A stretch of DNA of 63,679 nt. It comes from Octopus bimaculoides (Eukaryota). Below are positions 52,567 to 63,679 of the stretch, in pieces. The notes beneath the pieces are model-generated. The model was given only the letters and a program-made list of their open reading frames with translations, was not told where the DNA came from and did not search any database. The stretch is taken from contig NC_069004.1 in NCBI RefSeq assembly GCF_001194135.2, forward strand, positions 18,702,570 to 18,766,248, in the 5' to 3' direction. The first letter of the stretch is position 1, and the number at the start of each line of letters is the position of its first letter. Position numbers and translations under genes: made by a program.

Positions 52567-53399
52567 CGTGCCAGGGGTGGGGGTGGGGGAGAAGGAGCTT
52601 GGAGAAACTGGTGAATGAATTGAATAAAGTAGTAAGGAAAGATTAGGGAAGGATGTGGTGGTGGTGTAGGCTATAGCCATTGTNNNNNNNNNNNNNNNNN
52701 NNNNNNNNNNNNNNNNNNNNNNNNNNNNNNNNNNNNNNNNNNNNNNNNNNNNNNNNNNNNNNNNNNNNNNNNNNNNNNNNNNNNNNNNNNNNNNNNNNNN
52801 NNNNNNNNNNNNNNNNNNNNNNNNNNNNNNNNNNNNNNNNNNNNNNNNNNNNNNNNNNNNNNNNNNNNNNNNNNNNNNNNNNNNNNNNNNNNNNNNNNNN
52901 NNNNNNNNNNNNNNNNNNNNNNNNNNNNNNNNNNNNNNNNNNNNNNNNNNNNNNNNNNNNNNNNNNNNNNNNNNNNNNNNNNNNNNNNNNNNNNNNNNNN
53001 NNNNNNNNNNNNNNNNNNNNNNNNNNNNNNNNNNNNNNNNNNNNNNNNNNNNNNNNNNNNNNNNNNNNNNNNNNNNNNNNNNNNNNNNNNNNNNNNNNNN
53101 NNNNNNNNNNNNNNNNNNNNNNNNNNNNNNNNNNNNNNNNNNNNNNNNNNNNNNNNNNNNNNNNNNNNNNNNNNNNAGAAAAAGAGACAGATGAAGAATG
53201 AAAGAGGGAATGAACAAGATAGACAATGAGAAGGAAGGGGGAGAGGGGGTGCCATTAAGAAAGAACTTGGGACTAGTAAGAAGGAGGTGGAGGAAGGGGG
53301 GTGGGAGAAGGAGAGAGAGAGAGAGAAAGCAATGGAACAAATGAAAGGGAAAAGGGAGTGGGAGGGAAGAAAGGGGGAACAATGATGTGAAGGGAGAGC

Positions 53400-53441
<42 letters not shown>

Positions 53442-55326
53442 GTCAGGATGAGAGGGTGGAAAGAGTTTGACAAGAGAGAGTGAGAGAAAGAAGGAGAGAG
53501 GGGTAGGAGAGAAGATTTAATTGAGAGTGACAGAGAGAGAGAGAGAGATGAAAGAAGAATGAGAAAGGGGGAAAAAAGGGACCACCAGAGTGATGTGTGT
53601 GGGTGTTGTTGTTATGTTGTGATGGGGAGGAGAGGAGGCAGAGCAAGAGAAAGAGTGGGAGGAGGGAGAGAGAAGGAGGGGGAGAGATGTGATGCTGAAT
53701 GGATGAGAGATACACAACAAACTAGATAACTATGAATGGAATGTAGCCTTGTTTATTTGTCTTGCTGCAGAATTGTTCCATGACAACAACCACTACACTT
53801 TGACACCACCCTCACAACCACCACTACCACCACCACCACCACCACTACTACTATTACTACTACTACTAGGATCACTATCAATAAACACAATAATAGCCCA
53901 CCACCATCACCACAACCACTGCCTTCACCACCACTTAGCTATATAAGCCTTTGAGAGTTACTATGTAAGAGCCTGACATGGTAGAAATAACAGGCAAATT
54001 TCTCTCCCTCTCAAATCACATCCCAACTTTTACTGTCTCTGAAATGAAAAAAAAATGCAGGTGCAGGAGTGGCTGTGTGGTAAGTAGCTTGCTTACCAAC
54101 CACATGGTTCTGGGTTCAGTCCCACTGTGTGGCACCTTGGGCAAGTGTCTTCTACTATAGCCTCTCGGGCCGACCAAAGCCTTGTGAGTGGATTTGGTAG
54201 ATGGAAACTGAAAGAAGCCCGTCGTATATATGTATATATGTATGTATATATATATGTGTGTGTATGTGTTTGTATGTGTTTGTGTGTCTGTGTTTGTCCC
54301 CCCAACATCGCTTGACAACCGATGCTGGTGTGTTTACATCCCTGTAACTTAACAGTTTGGCCTGGAGCTAAATGATAATTCTTTCTGCTATATGAAGGTA
54401 GGGAGGGACAAGGCCTGAAATTTTGAGGGAGGGGGCTGTTGATTTCATTGACTCCAGTACTCGTTTTCACATCTCCAATCCTATAACAATCCACCCTACT
54501 GAACTAGCATATTTTATTGACCACCTTGGATGCAATAAAAGTAAAGCGGTTCCTGGTGGGATTTGAATTAAGGGCTGAAACAAACATCACAAGTATTTTT
54601 ATCTGATACTCTAAGGATTCTGCTAACACAACACAAACAAGACTAGTACAAAGAAAAATAAGTTTTCATATATGTCATGGATTTATACCAGACCTGCTTG
54701 GGCCCTCAAATCTTCCCTCAATACACCACACTAAACCACAACAACAGCACACTCTACATCAGTGGGTCTCAACTGGGGTCATATAAGATTTTGTAGTTAA
54801 AATTTATCTGCAATAAATTGGTTGTTTTTCTACAATAAACAAAATATTTGAATTTTTTCTATGCAATTCTTACTCTATTATTCTTTTACTTGTTTCAGTC
54901 ATTTGACTGTGGCCATGCTGGAGCACCGCCTTTAGTTGAGCAAATCGACTTCAGGACTTATTCTTTGTAAGCCTAGTACTCATTCTATCGGTCACTTTTA
55001 CCAAACTGCGAAGTTACAGACACACAAACACACCAACATCGGTTGTCAAGCAATGTTGGAGGGACAAACAGACACACAAACACACAGACATATACACACA
55101 CATACATATATATATGTATACATACGACGGGCTTCTTTCAGTTTCCATCTACCAAATCCACTCATAAGGCTTTGGTCGGCCCGTGGCTATAGTACAAGAC
55201 ACTTGCCCAAAGTGTCACGCAGTGGGACTGAACCCGGAACCATGTGGTTCGTAAGCAAGTTACTTACCACACAGCCACGCCTATGCCTATAGTAATGAAC
55301 TACTTAGATATGTGAGGGACAAAGTA

Positions 55327-55505
55327 CCGTATTTTAACATGTATAAGGGAACCCACATGTATAAGGAACCCCATAATTTTGGGAGCTTAAAATTTGAAAA
55401 AAGAGTTTTGTAAGGGATTATAATACTATCTGTGTATAAGAAACTCAAATATTTTTTAACCTGATTTTTGACAAAAAAGGGTTCCGTATACATGTTAAAA
55501 TATGG
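55327..55505. mobile_element. Tc2/pogo-like MITE
   Basis: TA|CCGTATTTTAACATGTATA ... TATACATGTTAAAATATGG|TA: 19-bp TIR with one mismatch, flanked by TA. Confidence 0.8.
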
Positions 55506-56705
55506 TAAGTCTTTGCAGGAAGTACCAAACCTCACAACCCTTGCCATAGTCAAGTCATTTCAGTAGCATTTCTGTCATTGGAACACCTGAATATTCCAAC
55601 TCTCTCAGTGTTGGGCTTTCTTTAGAAATCCAGGCCCCCACCAAGTCCAGCAAAGATTTAATCCAAAATACCTCAGAACAACACCAACATCATCTAAAAG
55701 TACTCTTTTCCCTTTCAATCGAGACACATCTACAATAACATTAAACACCTCAAAACATCCAACAATGAAGGAATCTCTAGACCAGTGGTTCTCAACCAGA
55801 GTCCATAAGGCCCTTGGGAGTCCATAAAAGATTTTGTTGTTAAATTTAATTAAAATACACAAAATTTATTGAAATACCCAAAATATTTTGTCTTTTATAC
55901 AATTCCTAATAATATCTAATTTTAAAAGCACAGTTAAGATTTTATTTTTATATCCATTGAATGGCTGCGAAGGTCCAGTAGAGTAAAATAAGAATCAAAG
56001 GGGTCTCTGGAGACAAAAAATGGTTGAGAAACATTGGTCTGCAGTTATTTGGACCTTCTAAAAACAATAACCAAATTTTCTCAAATCACAAAAAGTGTGT
56101 AGCATCCAGCAAAAGGTCATTCAACTGACTGAAATTCAATCACTAAAAGACATTCCCCAGCTTTTGGTCGACAAGTGTACTGCATCCCCTCTCTGTCTTT
56201 TTTGCCATTACTATAACAGTTTCAAATTTTGGCACAAAGTTAGCAATTTTGAGGGGAGGGGTAAGCCGATTACATTGACACCAGTGTTCGATTGGTATTT
56301 GTTTCAATGACCCTGAAAGAATGAAAGGCAACGTCGACCTCAGCAGAATTTGAACTCTGAAGACAGACGGAATGCCACTAAGCATTTTGCCCCTGTATGC
56401 TAACAATTCTGTGAGCTTGCCGCCTTTGTCACTATTATAATTGTCTTTTGGAGATTGTTGAGCACCTTTGCCCTCAACTCAATCATCCCATTTCCCCTTG
56501 TATCTTTCTACCTCTCAACATCCTTGTTGCTTACAACCCCCTCAATCATGCACTAACCACTGTTCTCTATCCTTCTTCCCCTATTACATCATCTCTCTGA
56601 GATCATCACCCTGCCCATGTGTTTCCAATAGAATATTTAATGACATCAAACATGGAGGGTTGGCAAAGGTCATGGGGGCACTGCCCCCTTTCTACAACTT
56701 CAGCA

Positions 56706-56740
<35 letters not shown>

Positions 56741-57969
56741 TCACTCACTCACATATCCACACACAACTGGTGTAAAGAAGAGCATCTGGCCATAGAATCC
56801 TGCTTCAAATATTCTCAATCTGAACCCATGGTTGCGTGGAAAGCATGCGTTAACCCTTTGGTATTCAGATTATTCTGGTAAATGTGATGCTTATTTATTC
56901 TCATTCGTTTGAATTAATCATACATTATCTCACAGCTTTCAAATTTCAATGATGTGATTGCTTATTTTTAGAATGACACTGTTGGGTAAGTGTGAGAAGC
57001 TGGATCTGGCTGGTGTGAACATAAAATATGTACAATATTTGGGCCGGATGTGGCCCACACACACACACTATTCCTTTACTGGTTTTTGGTATATAGAAAG
57101 ACAGATGGCAGGGTAATGCCATTAGTAGGAGAGGTTAGAAAGTTAGAGGAGGGTGAAACATTGTAATTGAATAAATCAGGGGAAGTTAAATTAAGAGAAG
57201 TTAAACAAGAAAATTGCAGCAAATCTACATGATTGTGGTGTCAGACGTGGTATGCAGACCATCAGATAACTTGTTCTATTCTTTCCTTTTATTTTGTTTG
57301 ACATGCACATTGCATTTTTATTCTTCTCCTCTGTCTTATGAATTCAATGTGCACATGCACATTGCATGTTCATACTTCTCTTTCCGGTTCTCATTCAAAA
57401 TTGTTTACAGATCACAACCGTCTCACGAACCTGCATTCATGAGGAGCACTTTGCGCCAAGATGGTTGTGAAGAAAAAGCAGTTAAGAACAAGATAGAGAA
57501 GGTGAAAAAAATGAAAAACAGTGGAAAATGAAAAAAACTGAAAAAGTGTGAAAGGGTGAGATTTATTAAACTACACAAACTTCAAAAAGAAAAAAAACCC
57601 TCAATGAAAAAGGTTCTCAAACAATGCATAAAATACCTAAAGTTCTCAAAAACTGGACAATCATCACACTGGGGTACTAACTCTAGGGGTTTAACCTTTT
57701 AGCATTTAAACTTGCTATATCAAGCCCAAATATCCTACCTTGTTTTATGTTCACACTGGTCAAATCTGGTCTCTCACACTCATCCTACAATGTCATTTTA
57801 AAAATAAGCAATCACTTCATCAAACTCTAGAAGCTATATGATCCTGCATGATTAATTCAAATGATGGGACTCGAATTGGCCCGACACTTATTTTTAACTC
57901 TGGTGCTTATTCAATTGGCTTCTTTTGCCAAACTGCTAAGTTTCAAAGGGACAAACACACACACATATA

Positions 57970-58260
57970 CTTGTTTGCGGATAGTCTAGATACTCTCATA
58001 GGCATATCCGTGACTATTTGACTTATGATTGATCTAGGGTGATTAAAGCTTTAGTGGACATAATGAAAGATTTTATTTGGCTTGTGGTAACAACCAGATG
58101 GGATATCTAGGGCTGGGTCTAAAAAAGTTGAAGATGTTAGTGTTAGTTTCAAAGGTGAGGGAGAGGTTGTGTTTCTTTAATAATTTTCTAAGGTTTTTCG
58201 TTCCATTTGGGAAGGATTGTTTCCGTCTTTTCAGTGAGTCTGCAGTCATCACTTTATAGC
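57970..58260 (-). mobile_element. Penelope RT fragment (inverted 5' part)
   Basis: Degenerate LYRDD at about 58240-58260, then KNLRKLLKKHNLSLTFETNTNIFNF, YHKPNKIFHYVH..NHPRSIISQI and MRVSRLSAN. Confidence 0.85.
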
Positions 58261-58360
58261 CAGCCTCCGCTATCCACAAAGAGGCAAATGTTTGAGAACA
58301 TAGCAGGCTACTACAATGAGGCTCTTAGCAGAAGTGGATACTCAGAAAAAATCTCTAACA
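58261..58360 (+). mobile_element. Penelope RT fragment (sense 3' part)
   Basis: LSTKRQMFENIAGYYNEALSRSGYSEKI, the motif that follows RLS in Penelope ORFs. Confidence 0.75.
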
Positions 58361-58398
58361 TTATATGTGTAAATTCACAACACATCATATATACACCT

Positions 58399-58433
<35 letters not shown>

Positions 58434-59386
58434 CAGGATGGTTGTAATAACTAAAATACTGAAATAGTGTTGATCAAGAATACTGTTTGACCAATCAAAA
58501 ATGTCCCGGGGCTATACAAAAACAACAACAACAATAGTACAACAACTAAAAACTGCCTAAAAGGATAAAAAAATGAAAACAGCCCATTATTAGTTAACAT
58601 ATTTGTCAGACACCCTTAGAAAAGATGGGATGGTCACAGATGGACTGTGTTTGACCAAAAGTTTTACTTGATCACAGCTGACTTGGGGCTAAAAATAACA
58701 AAACATAATAACCACCACCACCACCACCACCACCACTACAAGTAATGATATAAACCCCACCACCACCGCTCTCACCTCCTGATCAAATCCACTAAAAGCA
58801 AGACTACAGAATCATATTAAGTAAGGGATGGTGTTTATATGAAGAGCTTGTGTGTGACATGTCAAGGATATAGGGATATATACTTTGCCAGAAGGGGCCA
58901 GGGGAACACTTCTGAGTAAACAGTGAATTTATAGGATTAACATATACATACATTATGTGTAAGTATATGGTGCATGTGTGAGTTTGTCTCTGCAATGTGT
59001 GTGTGTGTATATATNNNNNNNNNNNNNNNNNNNNNNNNNNNNNNNNNNNNNNNNNNNNNNNNNNNNNNNNNNNNNNNNNNNNNNNNNNNNNNNNNNNNNN
59101 NNNNNNNNNNNNNNNNNNNNNNNNNNNNNNNNNNNNNNNNNNNNNNNNNNNNNNNNNNNNNNNNNNNNNNNNNNNNNNNNNNNNNNNNNNNNNNNNNNNN
59201 NNNNNNNNNNNNNNNNNNNNNNNNNNNNNNNNNNNNNNNNNNNNNNNNNNNNNNNNNNNNNNNNNNNNNNNNNNNNNNNNNNNNNNNNNNNNNNNNNNNN
59301 NNNNNNNNNNNNNNNNNNNNNNNNNNNNNNNNNNNNNNNNNNNNNNNNNNNNNNNNNNNNNNNNNNNNNNNNNNNNNNNNNNNATG

Positions 59387-59475
<89 letters not shown>

Positions 59476-59601
59476 ATATATATGTATATGTATATATATG
59501 TATATATAAGCACTATGACAGACAAAGAATGAGTAGGTTGTTGGATTCTCCTACATCAAAACCGACGAGCGAGTCCATCACATATATGTATGTGTATACC
59601 T

Positions 59602-59900
59602 ATGGTGGTGGTTGTCTACTCCTTAAACAGAGTTTGACCACCTCCTGCACCTACACCTTAGCCCTTTCATGGCGTCTGATATGGCTTTTTAAACCAGACA
59701 ATGTTTTGAAAAAACACCCACACAGATTGCACCTCTGATTTGCACTACCAATACCTGCAGGTAAGTTCTGCTGATTGTGGATCCTAACATGTCTTTTAAG
59801 ACCCCCATTGGATTTGCAAACCCTCTGGCACACACCACATTCAAACGTGTGCACAGACATATAATCAGAATAGCTGGATGAGGTTTGTTTTCCATGGGTT
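59602..59900 (-). mobile_element. RTE-type LINE 3' end encoding two C2H2 zinc fingers, with (ACC)n tail
   Basis: FECGVCQRVCKSNGGLKRHVRIH and CNLCGCFFKTLSGLKSHIRRH, non-TGEKP linker, stop at 59651, short UTR ending ACAACCACCACCAT. Upstream part lost in an N gap. Confidence 0.7.
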
Positions 59901-62287
59901 NNNNNNNNNNNNNNNNNNNNNNNNNNNNNNNNNNNNNNNNNNNNNNNNNNNNNNNNNNNNNNNNNNNNNNNNNNNNNNNNNNNNNNNNNNNNNNNNNNNN
60001 NNNNNNNNNNNNNNNNNNNNNNNNNNNNNNNNNNNNNNNNNNNNNNNNNNNNNNNNNNNNNNNNNNNNNNNNNNNNNNNNNNNNNNNNNNNNNNNNNNNN
60101 NNNNNNNNNNNNNNNNNNNNNNNNNNNNNNNNNNNNNNNNNNNNNNNNNNNNNNNNNNNNNNNNNNNNNNNNNNNNNNNNNNNNNNNNNNNNNNNNNNNN
60201 NNNNNNNNNNNNNNNNNNNNNNNNNNNNNNNNNNNNNNNNNNNNNNNNNNNNNNNNNNNNNNNNNNNNNNNNNNNNNNNNNNNNNNNNNNNNNNNNNNNN
60301 NNNNNNNNNNNNNNNNNNNNNNNNNNNNNNNNNNNNNNNNNNNNNNNNNNNNNNNNNNNNNNNNNNNNNNNNNNNNNNNNNNNNNNNNNNNNNNNNNNNN
60401 NNNNNNNNNNNNNNNNNNNNNNNNNNNNNNNNNNNNNNNNNNNNNNNNNNNNNNNNNNNNNNNNNNNNNNNNNNNNNNNNNNNNNNNNNNNNNNNNNNNN
60501 NNNNNNNNNNNNCGGGTGGCACATAAAAGACACCATTTCGAGCGTGGCCGTTTTCGTGCGGGTGACACGTAAAAGCACCCACTACACTCTCTGAGTGGTT
60601 GGCGTTAGGAAGGGCATCCAGCTGTAGAAACTCTGCCAAATCAGATTGGAGCCTGGTGTTGCCATCCGGTTTCACCAGTCCTCAGTCAAATCGTCCAACC
60701 CATGCTAGCATGGAAAGCGGACGTTAAACGATGATGATGATGATGATGATATATATTCGCCACAAAACGTTGTAGTATTTTTTTGTCAAACTCTCACATC
60801 TCAATTTCCGTATCGGTGCTTATCACACCACATACAGAATCTGAAGAACATTTACTTAGCAGGAATGTCTTCTCACAGAGGTGGCAGCAGTAATAGTGAT
60901 GGTGGAACTGGTGGAAGTGGTGGCTGCAGTGGCAACGGTGGATGTAGTGCTGAATGAAGATGGTGATGATGATGATGTTGTTTAGTTCTGATCAACTCCC
61001 AGCTGACTAGACCAAATTATCTGAATGTGTCATTTCCTCATTTTAGACGATAGGGAAGGGACACCTGGCTGCTATTTCTAGCAAAAGAAGCGACCACACT
61101 GGCGTTTCCTCCTTTGATCAAGAGGTAGCAATATAGGTGATGGTGTACCTTTGTGTTGAGTTGTGGGGGCAGAAACCAACACTGGCTGTCGAGCAGTGAG
61201 AAACAAACAACCCAAAAAAAGAGGCTACATGCATGCAATCTCTCTCTCTCTCTCACACATACACATACACACACACACACACTCATATACACACACCTGC
61301 GACAAAATTCTCTACAGTCTCTGTTTACCAAGGTACTGGTTGACCCAAGGCTGTAATATTCCTCTTGATCAAAGACATTCCAAATAATTTATCAAATCAC
61401 TAGGAGGAAGTTTGCAGTTTGTTATCTGTACCAGAAATATTTCTCATTATTTAGGTATTCCACTAAGGTTGCAAGCTGGCAGAATCATTAGCATGCTGGG
61501 AAAAATGCTTAGCAGCATTTCACTTGTCTTCACATTCTAAGTTCAAATTCCACCAAGGTTGACTCTGCTTTCCATTCTTTTGTGGTCAATAAAATAAGTA
61601 CCAGTTATTTACTGGGGTTCAGTGTAATTGACTTATCCCCCTCCCCCAATATTGCTGGCCCTGTACCAAAACGTTGAAACCATTATTAGGTATTGGACAA
61701 TCTGTGACAGGGCTAGTTCGTTATGCCTGTGTCTGATTAGGCAAGTGAAGGTGTGTGACCTAGTGGTTAAGATGTTGCACTTACAACTGCAGGATCAGGG
61801 TTTCAATTCCTGCACTGGGTGGTATGTTGTGTTCTTGAGCAAAACATTTCATTTTGTTCCAGTCCACTTTTGCAGGGTGTCCTGTTTTGCAGGGAATGTG
61901 ATTTCAGTCATTTAAACATCGCTATTATCCAATACAAACAGGCTTGTCCTTTACAGGTGCTACTGCCACAAAAAATGCACTTGCGTTGCATAAATGCACA
62001 TGTGCTGGTGGCACATAAAAAGCACCCAGCACATTCTGTAAAGTGGTTGGCATTAGGAACAGCATCAGGTCATAGAAACCATACTATCACGGAGGTGTGA
62101 GCTCACGTCTCATAGCTGGCCGCCAACACTTTTTTCTGCAAAATAGGGGTAGTTTATCCTGTTCAGGCTATATTATTAGCATTATCCTGCGTTTGAGAAT
62201 TTAAAAATCACTTCTTTAACTTTCTAAGACATCTCAACGCTTCCAAAGCAAACATCGTTTGTTTGTTTACGTTCATCGTAATTTGAA

Positions 62288-62330
<43 letters not shown>

Positions 62331-62809
62331 CATGTATATATATGTATGTATGTATAATTATATGTATACATAAATATATACACACACACATATATATATA
62401 TACTTACATACACACACACACAACAAGCTTCTTCAAGTTTCCAAATACCAAATCCACTCACAAAGCTTTGGCCGGCCTGAAGCTATAGTAGAAGACATGT
62501 TCAAGGTGCCACGCATTGGGACTGAACCTGAAACCATGTGGTTGGGAAGCAAACTTCTTAACTATACAGCCATAGTGGAATTCAAGGGAAAGGGGGGAAA
62601 AAAACAGTATGGCTTAAACTGAGGTAAAGTGGCTGCTATTTCTGGCAGGTTGTGCAAACACCAAGATGAAAAGAGCAAGAGAAGTGTGTGATTGGTACAG
62701 TATATAGTGTGTATGGCCTTGACCAGAACTGACCACAGCTACAGCTGAGATATATTGTCACTTAACTAATCAGTTTAATTATAACTCACCACTAGTGTGA
62801 TGGTCAAGA

Positions 62810-63385
62810 GAAACAGAGAGAGGGAGAGAGAGAGGGAGAGAGCTTGGGTTGGAGAGGAATGGGAGTGGAGAGGAAACAGTAGTGACGGTGGTGGTGGTGA
62901 TGGTCAGGATGGTGTTGGTGGTTGATGTGGTAGTGGTGGTAGTGAAGGACATGGGGGAGGGGAAGGAGCTCTTGTTTGTGGGTGGAAGAAGAGTAAAGGT
63001 GGGAAGAGAAGGAAGAGGAAGACAATGCTGTATTTGGAAGTAGCAGTTGGAGTAGTGGTGGTGGTGGTGGTGTTGGAGGTTGTGGATCATATTGTAGTGT
63101 TGTTGTAGTTGGTGATGGCACTGGTGGTAGTTTTTTTTTGTCAGTGGTGTTAGTGAGGGGCAATGACAGTGGTTGTGGTGGTAGTAGTGGAGACATAGTA
63201 CTGAGAGCAATGATGGTGGTGATGGTAGTGGTGGTAGTGGTAAATGCTGTAGTGCTACTAGTAGTAATAGTAGTAATGGTAGAAATAATGATAGTAAAGG
63301 ATACAGTACAAGTAATGATGGAAATAATAGGAGTAACAGTAGTGGAGGTGGCGGTAGTTGGGCGTGTGGTAGTGTGGTAGTATAT
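62810..63385. repeat. (GA)n and (GGT/AGT)n purine-rich low-complexity block
   Basis: Directly visible; explains ORFs 62779-63588 and 62804-63403. Confidence 0.93.
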
Positions 63386-63643
63386 TTTAAAGCCATCAAA
63401 CACTTCAAGCTGCTATAAAGAGGAGTTAAGAAAGTAAAAAAAATATATAAGCAAAAGAGAGAGAGGAGGGAATAGAAAGAGGGAGAGGAAGTGGAGGAGA
63501 TTTCACACACACACACACACATGGAAACAAGACAGAGAAGGGGAGGGGAAATGTCTGGGAGAAGCCACAGTGTAGCACCACTCAACAAGTGGTATATATT
63601 TTTAGATACACCATTTTATAAATAACAGTCAGCCTATCTTGTA

Positions 63644-63679
<36 letters not shown>

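Noticed and set aside
52572-52592. G-quadruplex candidate GGGGTGGGGGTGGGGG
   Set aside because: Only three clear G-runs, and G-rich low-complexity tracts are common here.
59651-59900. Host C2H2 zinc-finger gene
   Set aside because: Only two fingers, no TGEKP linker, finger pattern of the LINE ORF2 type, and a retroposon-like (ACC)n tail; called as a LINE end instead.

Overview
AT-rich, microsatellite-saturated eukaryotic scaffold with many N gaps. The repeat landscape (tRNA-headed SINEs, RTE LINEs, Penelope remnants, TTAA/hAT/Tc-mariner MITEs, long (TA)n/(CA)n/(GATA)n/(AAT)n tracts) suggests a cephalopod, probably Octopus; this is inferred, not proven. Nearly all ORFs in the supplied track are artefacts of simple repeats or N runs. 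The recognisable protein-coding sequence is all transposon-derived: RTE reverse transcriptase and 3' ends (one carrying two C2H2 fingers), an R4/Dong-like LINE, Penelope RT/GIY-YIG fragments, a deleted mariner with both TIRs, and a maT/DD37D-like transposase piece. A few short minus-strand segments have splice signals and open frames (3.2-3.3, 20.8, 24.2, 26.1, 38.3 and 41.5-41.7 kb). They may be exons of one long-intron gene that I cannot name. The most interesting signal is a near-perfect fold-back at 31729-32232 carrying a minimal type I hammerhead-ribozyme motif on each strand. There is also a second 420-bp fold-back at 45130-45553 and a twin-priming-like inversion in a Penelope fragment at 57970-58370.
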